Shown here piece by piece: positions 19,618-29,227 of a DNA stretch of 64,000 nucleotides. This stretch comes from an uncultured bacterium (GTDB lineage Bacteria; Hydrothermota; UBA3072): positions 5,687-69,686 of the forward strand of contig CAYQMH010000002.1 of NCBI GenBank assembly GCA_964418485.1, written 5' to 3'. Within the stretch, counting starts at the first letter, position 1. Each line of letters starts with the position of its first letter. The translations under genes and the position numbers were made by a program. The notes below the pieces were generated by a model. The model did no database searches. It was given only the letters and a program-made list of their open reading frames with translations, and was not told the DNA's origin.

Positions 19618-22155
19618 TTATTTTGTAAGAACACTGAAAGCAGCAACAGCCAGTCCCACTTTGTATAGAACATCGACTGTAAATGCTAAACCTTCCCAGC
19701 CGGATCTTCCGATTCTGACTTTTTCCGGAACGATAATTGTATCGCCGGGTTTTATTTTAACCGAGCCTCCCATTTTACCTGAAGCACTTCTGATATTGCT
19801 TTTTTCGATTTTACCTGAAGCTCTTCTGATATATATTTCCTTTATATTTGCTGTTGGTTTTGGTCCTCCTGCAATTTCCAGATAATCATTTAAGTGTAAT
19901 CCTTCTTCGTAAGCTATTCCTGTTGCATTGTAAACTTCTCCTATTATTTGAACGGTTCCTGTTGATCTGGGTACCTCTAATATGTCTCCACTCTCAAGAG
20001 TTATATTTAGTTGGTTTGGATCATGTAGGTTTATTATAACCCTGCCTGAATCCTGAATCTTTTTTAGGCTTTCTAACTGTTGTTCCTGCATGCTGATATA
20101 CTGCATCTGCGCGAGTTTGTTTTCTTCGGATGAGATGCCTCCCATAACTGCTCTTTGTTCACTGATAAGTCGGAGACGTGTTTCTCTTATTAAATTCTCC
20201 AGAGCTTCTGTCTCTAGTTTTGCAACTGATTTCTTTGTGAATATAGCTCCTTCAAGATAAGCATTCTCTGTGAGGCCGCTGGCTCTATCAATTATTTCCT
20301 TGAGGGTTGTTCCAATTTGGATTGGATATGTCCCAGGATATTTAAATTCTCCCTTCAGAATAACATGTCCTAATTCACTATAGTAAGGTTTTCTTTTTAC
20401 TGATATATAGTCGAGAGGTTCGAGTTTAGTCTGTAAGTCGCCTGGATCGGCGAGATTTATTTTTTCTAAGAAAATTCCTTTCTCGGGATTGAGTCTGAAG
20501 AGCTCTGCTTCATTTCTGGCGGAAACTCGTTTTCGTGCGGTGAATACCAGGTCTCCTACTGTCATTTTAGGATAAAGAATATATTGACCGGGTTTTTCCA
20601 CTTCACCGTAAATAGTAACATAAAATTTTTCTTCAATTTCCTTTTCTGTGAAAACTCTTAATTTATCCCATTCTTCAAGTTTAATATTTTCTGTAAGGTT
20701 ACCTTCAAGTAATTTCTCTAAATTAAATTCAATTATTTCTGGGAATTCTGTACCGCTAAAACGCAGGATCTCTGCTCTCTCCATGTAAGTTCCTTTTCTC
20801 ACTCCTCCGGCTTCTTCTAAGAGATCGAGTACGGTCATGCCGTCTTTTAGCTGATAAGTTCCCTCGTTATTCACGTTCCCTTTTATTTCAACATAATTAT
20901 AGAGATAGGGGGATATTTCGGTTGCAGTAACAAGGTCTCCGTTTTCAATTTTTGTGTTTTTAGAAAGTCTGTTAAAGGTGTTCTGATCCTCAAATTCTAT
21001 ATTCTCAATAATTTTTTTGTTTTCCGGAGATATTCTTTCGATCCGAATTCTCCTTTTCTCGGCGGTAGGAAGAAATCCGCCTGCCATTTCTATTAATTCT
21101 GAAAGTCGTTCCGTACTGTCCAGTTCATATATGCCGGGTCTGTTTACTGCTCCGTTTATTCCTACTACTTTTCCAATTGGCGGTACTAGTATCATGTCAC
21201 CGGGAGAAAATTGAATGATTGGTAAAGGTTTTGTTTTGATAAAGAGTTTATATAAATCGATGGTTTTTGTAGTTCCGTTACTGGAAATATATTCTATTTT
21301 TCTAAGACTTCCGGATTTTTTTATGCCATTTGATTCGAAGAAAGCTGCTACGGGATTGGAGAGAACTGTAAAATTATAAACCCCGGGACTTGTAACTTCA
21401 CCCAAGACAAATATGTTAACACTTTTTAAGTAGCCTAAACTTACAGTAACCTCTATATTGGAGAACTCTTTTTGAAATGCTTCACTGATTGTTTTTTTGC
21501 TTTCTTTGTATGTCTTTCCCCAGAGTTTTATACTTCCTATATATGGGAGAACTATTGAACCATCACGGTTTATATTTAATGTCCATGCGTTATTTATTTC
21601 TCCGGAAATGTCTATATATAGTTCATCTCCCGGTCCTAAGATATAATCATCTGCTATCGGAGCGAAAATTTGTGCCCTTTTTAATTGAGTTTGGAACATG
21701 TCATATCCGAATTGTTTTAATGTTACGGAAAGAGAATCAAGGTGTTTATTTACCTGTGATAATTTCTTTCTTAACTTGAAAAATGTTGTATCTGCCGCTA
21801 TCAGATATTGATCCTGCAGGTTTTTATCTTTTAAGTATTGACTCCTCAATTCAATTTTCAAAGATTCTGCCTTCATCTGTTCTACGAGAGAGTCTTTTAA
21901 GATTTCAAGTTTCATCCTCCGGGGGGTAATCATATATTTTTTATTGAACATTTTCTCTATTGTTGAAAGCGATTCGGCAACCTCTATAGTTTGTCCTTCT
22001 GCAGTGGTATCTAATAACTCCGATGGTAAAACTTGGGGTGCTGTTCTGCTGCCTTCCCGTATTTGCCACAGTATGCCTCTGTCTATTTCTTCACTGAGAC
22101 AGGTAAAAGATAAAACTATTAAAATAAATACCAATATTATTCTTTCTTTCAGCAT
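19618..22155 (-). CDS. polysaccharide export protein (Wza-like) with multiple SLBB domains
   Basis: Signal peptide, 'YILGPGDELYIDISG' Poly_export motif, and repeated SLBB-like units. Confidence 0.65.
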   Translation of the reverse strand: MLKERIILVFILIVLSFTCLSEEIDRGILWQIREGSRTAPQVLPSELLDTTAEGQTIEVAESLSTIEKMFNKKYMITPRRMKLEILKDSLVEQMKAESLKIELRSQYLKDKNLQDQYLIAADTTFFKLRKKLSQVNKHLDSLSVTLKQFGYDMFQTQLKRAQIFAPIADDYILGPGDELYIDISGEINNAWTLNINRDGSIVLPYIGSIKLWGKTYKESKKTISEAFQKEFSNIEVTVSLGYLKSVNIFVLGEVTSPGVYNFTVLSNPVAAFFESNGIKKSGSLRKIEYISSNGTTKTIDLYKLFIKTKPLPIIQFSPGDMILVPPIGKVVGINGAVNRPGIYELDSTERLSELIEMAGGFLPTAEKRRIRIERISPENKKIIENIEFEDQNTFNRLSKNTKIENGDLVTATEISPYLYNYVEIKGNVNNEGTYQLKDGMTVLDLLEEAGGVRKGTYMERAEILRFSGTEFPEIIEFNLEKLLEGNLTENIKLEEWDKLRVFTEKEIEEKFYVTIYGEVEKPGQYILYPKMTVGDLVFTARKRVSARNEAELFRLNPEKGIFLEKINLADPGDLQTKLEPLDYISVKRKPYYSELGHVILKGEFKYPGTYPIQIGTTLKEIIDRASGLTENAYLEGAIFTKKSVAKLETEALENLIRETRLRLISEQRAVMGGISSEENKLAQMQYISMQEQQLESLKKIQDSGRVIINLHDPNQLNITLESGDILEVPRSTGTVQIIGEVYNATGIAYEEGLHLNDYLEIAGGPKPTANIKEIYIRRASGKIEKSNIRSASGKMGGSVKIKPGDTIIVPEKVRIGRSGWEGLAFTVDVLYKVGLAVAAFSVLTK

Positions 22156-22330
22156 ATTTTCTCCATTTTTTGATATTTTGATACTACGAAGAGTTTTAGA
22201 TTTGTCAAGGGCTGATAGGTAGTATGTATTTGGTATTTATGAGTTTTAGATTTTCCTAAGTTCTGTGTTGCTGAGTGCCGATACCATTGGAAATCAAATA
22301 TTAAAATTTAAAAAGCAAAATGACGAGAAA

Positions 22331-22410
22331 ATCTGTTGGTCTGTGGGTCGGTTAGTCCGTTGGTCCGTTTAAAAAACACACCAACACACCCACGCACTAA
22401 CACACTAACA
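22331..22410 (+). repeat. dispersed heptamer-word repeat Z1
   Basis: Contains GTTGGTC and CACTAAC words. About 85% identical to 52247-52349. Confidence 0.7.
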
Positions 22411-22449
22411 AAATTTAATATTTTTATATTTTAGCGGCTTTGCCGCGCA

Positions 22450-22477
22450 TTGACATATTTTATATTCTCATTATAAT
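22450..22477 (+). promoter_or_regulatory. sigma-70 promoter giving a leaderless mRNA for the aminotransferase-like gene
   Basis: TTGACA (22450-22455), 16 nt, TATAAT (22472-22477), with the ATG at 22484. Confidence 0.5.
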
Positions 22478-22483
22478 ACAATT

Positions 22484-23620
22484 ATGAATTCTATTCTGGG
22501 GAAAATCGAAGATTCTATCATATCCAGAGTTATGAAAGCGGCGGAAGAAAGTAAAGCAATTAATTTTGCCGAAAATCCTATTGAACTCTTTACTCCTGAG
22601 TTTATTATCGAAAGTGCTAAAGAAGCTATAGACGGTGGATTTAACGGATATATAACCAGTGCAGGAAGAAAGCCTTTAAGGAAATTGACTTCTGAAATTA
22701 TATCCAGAGAAACCGGTGTAACTTTCGACCCCGAGGAAGAAATTACAATAACTTCAGGGGCTAGTGAGGCTTTTGTATCCTCCATGTTGAGTCTTGTCGA
22801 GGGCGAGAATGGAGTTGTTATACCAGAGCCTTTTTATGAAAATTATTTACCGATAACTGAGTTGAGTCGGGGTAAGCCTATTTTTTTATCTCTCGCGGAG
22901 CCCGATTATTCTTTTCATTTTACCGATTTTAAGAAATTGCCTACTTTTAAGGTTTTTATTCTTAATAATCCACATAACCCTACAGGAAAAGTCTTTAATT
23001 CAGAAGAAATTAAAGCTATTGGAAACACTGTTCTCGAAAGGGAAGGATATTTGATTGTGGATGAAACTTATAAGCATCTTTTGTATGAAGGTGAATATAT
23101 ATCGCCATTACAGATTGGAGGCCTTATAGATCGTACAATTATTATTGGTAGTTTTTCGACTATTTTTTCCGTGCGGGGTTGGAGATTGGGTTATGTTGCT
23201 GCAAAAGCTCCAATTATGAAAGAAATAAGAAAAGTTCACTATTATAGTTCTATTTCTGCGCCGGTACCTTTTCAGTGGGCATTTGAAAATTTCGATATTC
23301 AATCGAATTTTATAGAAAACATGAAGGAAAAATATAAGGAAAAGAGAGATTTTTTGTGTAGGGCACTCGAAAAAGCAGGATTTAGTTTCTATAACCCTGA
23401 AGGAGGATGTTACGTATTTGTTAATTTTGAGGATGTTTGGGACGGCAATGATTGGGGTTTTTATAAATATTTGCTGAAAAATAAAAATATTGCAATTGTT
23501 CCGGGATCGGCTTTTTATTCCGGTAAAAGTAAAGGAAAGAAGAAAGTAAGATTTACTTTTTCTCAGTCAGATTTCAATCTTAAGGAACTCGCCTCGATAC
23601 TTTCGGCAGGAATTACCTGA
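22484..23620 (+). CDS. class I/II aminotransferase-fold protein with the PLP-lysine replaced by Thr
   Basis: 'NNPHNPTG' and 'VDETY' motifs and the 'GW.LGY' motif are conserved, but 'SFSK' reads 'SFST'. Confidence 0.7.
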   Translation: MNSILGKIEDSIISRVMKAAEESKAINFAENPIELFTPEFIIESAKEAIDGGFNGYITSAGRKPLRKLTSEIISRETGVTFDPEEEITITSGASEAFVSSMLSLVEGENGVVIPEPFYENYLPITELSRGKPIFLSLAEPDYSFHFTDFKKLPTFKVFILNNPHNPTGKVFNSEEIKAIGNTVLEREGYLIVDETYKHLLYEGEYISPLQIGGLIDRTIIIGSFSTIFSVRGWRLGYVAAKAPIMKEIRKVHYYSSISAPVPFQWAFENFDIQSNFIENMKEKYKEKRDFLCRALEKAGFSFYNPEGGCYVFVNFEDVWDGNDWGFYKYLLKNKNIAIVPGSAFYSGKSKGKKKVRFTFSQSDFNLKELASILSAGIT

Positions 23621-23656
23621 CATTAGGTTTTAGTTAAAAGAACAATAAATAAAAAA

Positions 23657-23872
23657 CTTTGTGTCCTTTGTGAGCTTTGTGTGAATGATTTAGTCATTAG
23701 TCATCGGTCACTAGTCACAGGTCAAAAAAAATTATTTGTGCTATTCGTGCAATTTGTTGTTTCTCTTTGTTTTTGTGAGGGGTAGGGTATAAACAATAAA
23801 AATTCTTTGTTGTTTCTCTGTGATCTCTGTGTGTTTTTTTGTTTCTCTGTGTGCTCTGTGGTTAGAATCGTT
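23657..23872 (+). repeat. dispersed mosaic intergenic repeat Y1
   Basis: Reverse complement of 45789-45916 at about 85% identity. Built from CTTTGTG, TAGTCA and CTCTGTG words. Confidence 0.8.
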
Positions 23873-23875
23873 TTT

Positions 23876-25468
23876 TTACGATTCGTATTCCCACATGGAA
23901 TAGAAGGATTTTAATCTTCTCCTGTTGGGGCTTTTTCGTAATTTGTTCAGTGCGTTTTCTTCAATTTGCCTTATTCTTTCTCTTGTTACTTTAAACATCA
24001 GTCCTATCTCTTCCAGAGTTTTAGTTTCGCCGTCCAACAGTCCGTAACGAAGCTCCAGCACTTTTTTTTCTCTGGGAGATAAAGAACTATCCAGAACTTC
24101 TAAAAGACTTTCGCTTAACAGTTTTAACATAGCCTGTTTTGCCGGAGATGGTGTTTTTTCTTTGGCAATGATATCTCCATAAAGTAAATCTCCTTCATCG
24201 GCAACAGGTTCGTCCAGTGATCTTGTCGAATCGCCTAATGTTTGGGCAAATCTTATTCGTTCTTTTGAGATCCCTATGTATTGGGCTATTTCCTCAAGAG
24301 TTGGTTTAGTACCATTTCTCTGAAGTAAATCTCTTTTTGATTTCGTTATTTTATTAATAAGTGTCAATGTATGAGTAGGAATTGAAAACGAATCGGACTG
24401 TTCTGCGAGAGTCTTTATTATAGCCTGTTTGATCCACCATATCCCATATGTTGAGAATTTGTAACCTTTTGTATGGTCAAATTTTTCGACAGCTTTTATT
24501 AATCCGGCGTTGCCTTCCTGGACAATATCCATAAAACTCACACCGCTTCTTTTAAATTTTTTAGCAATAGAAAAGACCAGCCTAATATTTCCCTCAATTA
24601 GTTCTCTTTTCGCCTGGCAGAAGAAATTTTCCCATTTTCGGATATTCCTGTAAATATGGTTTACTTCTTTCCAGTCAGAATGAATTTTAAGCTGGAAATT
24701 CTTGATTTCCTTAATTATTTCTTTTAACTGCCTTTTTAAATTTTTTCTTTCTTTTGTAGAGCTTGCATTTTCAAATTCTTCTCTTAAACTTCTTGCATAA
24801 GCTACTTTCTTTTTGAATTCGTCGTGAATTTCTTCCTGTAATTGCATGAGTTTTTTGAGGTAAGGAGTCTGTATTCTGAGTTTTAATATAGATTTTATTA
24901 TATTTTTTTCGTGTCGTTTGTACTTAAATTCATAGATTCTTTTTCCCTTTTTAAGATAAGCGTTCTTATAGTGCATTAGTTTAGATTTCCATTTTTCTAT
25001 ACGTTTCATTAATTTAAATAAGTTTTTTTTATCTTTATGACCTTTATAACCCTCATCCCATTTGTGTGTATCTAAGTATAAAAACTGCTTTATGAGAAAA
25101 GGCGATCTTTCTATTTCATCTTTATAAGATAGAAACTTATCTATTATGGGTAGAGATCTAAATAAGTATCTCGAAATCATGGTACGACCTTTTTCTAATT
25201 TCTTACCTATTTCGAATTCTTCTTCTTTTGTGAGCAAGGAAGTGCCGTCGATATCGCGAAGATAAAGTTTTATGGGTTGATCTAATGCGGCAGGTGATAT
25301 TTTAACCGAACTTATATTGTAATCTATATATTTTTCTTCATTATCGTCTTCTTCAAATGTTTCTTCAAGATTTCCTCCTATTTCGGATAAAATTTCATTT
25401 AATTTCTCCTCTGATATATCTAACTTTTCTTTTAGTTCATCGAGATAGATGTTTCCGTCTTTATCCAT
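23876..25468 (-). CDS. rpoD: RNA polymerase sigma-70 factor
   Basis: Regions 1.2, 2, 3 and 4 and a long non-conserved region. The ATG at 25468 is preferred over the GTG at 25582, which lacks an RBS and overlaps dnaG by 83 nt. Confidence 0.9.
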   Translation of the reverse strand: MDKDGNIYLDELKEKLDISEEKLNEILSEIGGNLEETFEEDDNEEKYIDYNISSVKISPAALDQPIKLYLRDIDGTSLLTKEEEFEIGKKLEKGRTMISRYLFRSLPIIDKFLSYKDEIERSPFLIKQFLYLDTHKWDEGYKGHKDKKNLFKLMKRIEKWKSKLMHYKNAYLKKGKRIYEFKYKRHEKNIIKSILKLRIQTPYLKKLMQLQEEIHDEFKKKVAYARSLREEFENASSTKERKNLKRQLKEIIKEIKNFQLKIHSDWKEVNHIYRNIRKWENFFCQAKRELIEGNIRLVFSIAKKFKRSGVSFMDIVQEGNAGLIKAVEKFDHTKGYKFSTYGIWWIKQAIIKTLAEQSDSFSIPTHTLTLINKITKSKRDLLQRNGTKPTLEEIAQYIGISKERIRFAQTLGDSTRSLDEPVADEGDLLYGDIIAKEKTPSPAKQAMLKLLSESLLEVLDSSLSPREKKVLELRYGLLDGETKTLEEIGLMFKVTRERIRQIEENALNKLRKSPNRRRLKSFYSMWEYES

Positions 25469-25499
25469 GAGATTAAGGATTTCCGACCAGACGAGAGCT

Positions 25500-27197
25500 T
25501 TATCTTCCAATGACTTCTCCTTTTTTGAGGCGTTTTCGTTCTTCTTTAAGTTCGTCGATCTCTTTACATAATAATGTATCACTTTTTTCTTTTTCTTTAC
25601 CAGCGTCGATTTTTTGTAATTCTATCACTTTTTCTTCTATTAATTGATTTAAATGATAAATTTTTAAACTTATTGCTCTTCCAACTGCCGAATTTGGAGG
25701 GGTTTCGCTTTTTTTAATCAGATAATCTACGAAAGGTGGAGGGAGAGAGTTTATTATGTCTTTAATTTTCAAGTCCGACCCTTCTTTTAGCAATCTAAAA
25801 TATTTTTTAAGATGAGGATTTTTGACATAATTTTCATCCAGCACGGAGAAAACAATATCTTTTTCTTCCGGATGTTTTAATATTGCATATATAAATGATA
25901 ATTCATGTTCTTCTCTTTCCTCAATGTTTGTTTTTTTCTGAGAAATTATCGTTGTTTTTTTTGTCTCGGATCTTTCCAGCGATTTTCTGCTTATTGCAAG
26001 TTTTTTTGCTATGAAGTCTTCGTATATTTCTCTTTTTGAAGGTTCGTTTATTGCTCCAAGTACTGAAGTAATTTCGTCGACAGCTTTTGTAAGTTCCATA
26101 GGCGAGGAAAGTTTATATTTGTTCCGTATTCTGTCGAGTAGCCAATCGATAAAATCACTTGATTCTTTTAGTAATCTCTCAAAATTTTCTTTGCCTTCTT
26201 TGGATATTATCTCATCGGGATCTTTCCCTTTTCCGCTTTCTGCAATCTTTACGTTGATTTGTTTATCGAGAAGCATGCCTAAGGATCTGAGTGTTGCCGC
26301 CTGTCCAGCAGTATCTTTATCGAAGAAGAGAGTGACTTCTTTGGCATATCGTGAGATTAATTCCGATTGGTCCAGCGTTAAAGAGGTGCCAAGACAAGCT
26401 ACAACGTTCTTTAGTCCCGTTTGATAAAGAGATAAGAAATCAAAATATCCCTCTACAAGTATAACTTTCTCTAATTTTCTTATTTCTTCTTTGGTATGCC
26501 ATAAACTGTAGAAATTCTTCCCTTTCTTATGTATCGGTGTATCCGGTGAATTCAGATATTTTGGTCCTTTTTTACTTAATCTTCTTCCTCCAAAACCAAT
26601 AATCCTGCCCGAAGGAGAAAATAGAGGAAATAAAAGACGGAGGAAGAATGTGTCTTTTAAACTTCCGTTACTTTTTTTTATCAGGCCGCTTTTTATTAAA
26701 TCCTGGATTTTAAATTCTTTCTTCGCGCTGGGGAGAAAATTGCTTCTATACGGCGCGAAACCTAACTTGAATTCTTCTATGGTATCTTCCTTAAGAGCTC
26801 TTTTTTTTAAATAGTCGAGTACTTTGGGTGATTTCAGAAGTTCCTTATGGTAAAAATCTACGGCAAAATCGTGTATTGAATATAGGATTTCATTTTCCCC
26901 TTCAAATTTACCAATTTGTATGCCGGCTCTTTCGGCTAAGATACGGACAGCTTCCGTAAAAGGAACTTTCTCGAATTCCATAACAAAGGTAATCACATCA
27001 CCACTTTTGCCGCAACCGAAACAATGAAATATATTTAAAGCCGGGGAAACATGAAATGAAGGAGTGTTATCTTTATGAAAAGGACAATTGGTTACGTAGT
27101 TTTTACCTGCTTTCTTCAAAGGAAGATAATCTCCAATGAGGTGAGCTATTTCTATTTTTTCCTTGATTTGGTTTATAACCCCATCAGAAACAAGCAT
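25500..27197 (-). CDS. dnaG: DNA primase
   Basis: Zinc finger 'CPFHKDNTPSF...CFGCG' and a TOPRIM domain. The ATG start at 27197 (MLVSDGVINQ...) is preferred over the TTG at 27233. Confidence 0.9.
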   Translation of the reverse strand: MLVSDGVINQIKEKIEIAHLIGDYLPLKKAGKNYVTNCPFHKDNTPSFHVSPALNIFHCFGCGKSGDVITFVMEFEKVPFTEAVRILAERAGIQIGKFEGENEILYSIHDFAVDFYHKELLKSPKVLDYLKKRALKEDTIEEFKLGFAPYRSNFLPSAKKEFKIQDLIKSGLIKKSNGSLKDTFFLRLLFPLFSPSGRIIGFGGRRLSKKGPKYLNSPDTPIHKKGKNFYSLWHTKEEIRKLEKVILVEGYFDFLSLYQTGLKNVVACLGTSLTLDQSELISRYAKEVTLFFDKDTAGQAATLRSLGMLLDKQINVKIAESGKGKDPDEIISKEGKENFERLLKESSDFIDWLLDRIRNKYKLSSPMELTKAVDEITSVLGAINEPSKREIYEDFIAKKLAISRKSLERSETKKTTIISQKKTNIEEREEHELSFIYAILKHPEEKDIVFSVLDENYVKNPHLKKYFRLLKEGSDLKIKDIINSLPPPFVDYLIKKSETPPNSAVGRAISLKIYHLNQLIEEKVIELQKIDAGKEKEKSDTLLCKEIDELKEERKRLKKGEVIGR

Positions 27198-27578
27198 AAC
27201 TATAAATTCTAAGTTTTTTTTCGACTTTCGCAAGCCCCATTATAGCGAAAAAACCGCTAAAGTGAAAAAATAAAAAATCAAAATGCAAAGTTAAAAATCA
27301 AAGTTTGAAAATAAAGTAAAAACAAAAATAAAAATCTTTGTGTTATTTTGGTAAATTTGTGTTTAGATCTAGGAATTTCGCTATTTTAGCGCATTTCACG
27401 TTTATTATTTTAATATGGTGGGGAATTAGCCCTATTTTTAAATTTCTAAGTTAACATCTTTTTTAAAAAAAATAAAATAACTGTATTTAAGTTTACCGCT
27501 TCTTAAACTTTTGATCTGTTATATCTTACAAAAGAGCATGTCAAGGAGTTTTTAAAGCAAAAAAACCTATTTAACCCC

Positions 27579-27606
27579 TTGACAAAATCTACAATTTGAT
27601 TATAAT
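27579..27606 (+). promoter_or_regulatory. dcw-cluster sigma-70 promoter
   Basis: TTGACA (27579-27584), 16 nt, TATAAT (27601-27606). Confidence 0.6.
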
Positions 27607-27607
27607 T

Positions 27608-27632
27608 GTGGGTAACAGTGGTGGAAAGTGGG
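27608..27632 (+). promoter_or_regulatory. putative MraZ operator
   Basis: Three direct repeats GTGGG-taaca-GTGGT-ggaaa-GTGGG with 10-bp periodicity between the -10 box and the mraZ RBS, as for E. coli MraZ boxes. Confidence 0.55.
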
Positions 27633-27662
27633 GAATTGGATTTTAAGGTTAAGGAGGAAAGA

Positions 27663-28097
27663 ATGTATTTTATAGGAAATGACATATACTCTGTTGATCA
27701 CAAAGGCAGGGTGTTTATTCCTGCGAAGTTCAGAGCGGTTTTGACAGAGAAGGATGAGGGAAGTTTCTATATAGCCAGAGGATTTGAAACTTCTCTTTTG
27801 CTTTTTCCTCTTTCGGGGTGGAATGAATTTGTTGGTGAGCTTTCAGGTCAAAGATATTCCCAGAAGAGCATAAGAGATGCAATAAGGGCTTTTTCCTATG
27901 CTACGGAACGTCTTTCTATGGATTCCCAGGGTCGTGTTGTTATTCCCAAGGAGCTTCGTGCCTATTCGAGAATCGAGGATGAGATTTTCTTTCTTGGGGC
28001 TATTAATAAAATTGAATTATGGTCTCCTTCGGTTTATGAAGAATACTCTAAGGGGAGTAAGAGTATAGATGAATTGTATTCAAAGCTTGGTATGTGA
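27663..28097 (+). CDS. mraZ: transcriptional regulator MraZ
   Basis: Duplicated 'DHKGRV.IP' and 'DSQGRVVIP' motifs. AAGGAGG RBS. Confidence 0.85.
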   Translation: MYFIGNDIYSVDHKGRVFIPAKFRAVLTEKDEGSFYIARGFETSLLLFPLSGWNEFVGELSGQRYSQKSIRDAIRAFSYATERLSMDSQGRVVIPKELRAYSRIEDEIFFLGAINKIELWSPSVYEEYSKGSKSIDELYSKLGM

Positions 28098-28107
28098 TGA
28101 GCTTATA

Positions 28108-28947
28108 ATGCCAGATTCGACGATTCATCTTCCCGTAATGGTAGATAAAGTGATTGATTATCTTATATGTAATAAAAAAGGCGTTTATATCGATGCTACC
28201 CTTGGGTGCGGTGGTCATTCTCTTGCGGTCCTTTCGAATTCGGATGCTTTTGTAATCGCCTTTGATCTTGACGGAAAGCAAATTGAGATTGCCAGTCAGA
28301 GATTGTACGAGTTCGGAGAGCGTTCTGTGCTGATACGCGGCAATTATAAAGATATGGGGAAATTTTTTGATGGTAAAGTTGACGGAGTTCTTTTTGATTT
28401 TGGTTTATCGTCCTATCAATTGGATGATCCTGAAAGAGGTTTTTCTTATAGGAGGAAAGGTCCTCTTGATATGAGGTTTGGAGAAAAAGGTATTACCGTG
28501 GCAGATATGTTAAGGAAAAACAGTGAAGAGGAAATTGCTGATATTCTTTATTATTACGGAGGGGAGAGGGCTTCGAGAAGAATTGCAAAAAAAATTAAAA
28601 AAGAAAAACCCGAGACTACAGAAGAACTTGCTCTTTTGGTAAGAAAAACTGTTCCCAGAAACAAAGCTCACAAGCACCTCGGTAAAGTTTTCCAGGCGTT
28701 AAGGATAGCTGTTAATAAAGAGTTTCAAAATATTGAAGAAGGAATATCGGCTGCTTCAAGGGTTTTGAAGGAAAAGGGCAGGTTGGTGTTGATAACTTAT
28801 CATAAAGATGAAGAGAGATTGGTTTGTAAGAAAGCAAGAGAAGAGGGCCTGAAAGCACTTCTAAAGAAACCGGTTAAGCCTACCAGAGATGAATTCGAGC
28901 GGAATCCCCGGTGTAGAAGTGCACATTTAAGGGTGTTTGAAAAGTGA
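28108..28947 (+). CDS. rsmH: 16S rRNA m4C1402 methyltransferase
   Basis: 'DATLGCGGHS' and 'FDFGLSSYQLD' motifs. Confidence 0.85.
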   Translation: MPDSTIHLPVMVDKVIDYLICNKKGVYIDATLGCGGHSLAVLSNSDAFVIAFDLDGKQIEIASQRLYEFGERSVLIRGNYKDMGKFFDGKVDGVLFDFGLSSYQLDDPERGFSYRRKGPLDMRFGEKGITVADMLRKNSEEEIADILYYYGGERASRRIAKKIKKEKPETTEELALLVRKTVPRNKAHKHLGKVFQALRIAVNKEFQNIEEGISAASRVLKEKGRLVLITYHKDEERLVCKKAREEGLKALLKKPVKPTRDEFERNPRCRSAHLRVFEK

Positions 28948-29222
28948 GAACCGTTAAAATATTATTAATGATTTTTCTCTTTATTTCTCCTTTTATTTTA
29001 CACGTTTGGAAAAAAAATATGGTCAATGCACTTAATATAAAAATATCAAATTTGACTACCGAAGTTCAAAATCTCGAGAGAAATGTATCGATACTTTTTT
29101 CTAAATGGAGAAGAGAAACGAGTTACGGTATTATCGAGGAGAAAGCCGGAAAAATTCTTAACATGAGATATCCAAATAAAAACGAGATGTTTAAAATAGA
29201 AGATTTTAATTTTTTAAGGTAA
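28944..29222 (+). CDS. ftsL: FtsL-like cell division protein
   Basis: Small bitopic protein located between rsmH and ftsI. Confidence 0.5.
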   Translation: MRTVKILLMIFLFISPFILHVWKKNMVNALNIKISNLTTEVQNLERNVSILFSKWRRETSYGIIEEKAGKILNMRYPNKNEMFKIEDFNFLR

Positions 29223-29227
29223 AATTA

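Noticed and set aside
25469-25582. N-terminal extension of rpoD from a GTG at 25582
   Set aside because: It has no RBS and overlaps dnaG by 83 nt. The ATG at 25468 (MDKDGNIYLDELKEKL...) gives a normal region 1.1 and a shorter overlap.
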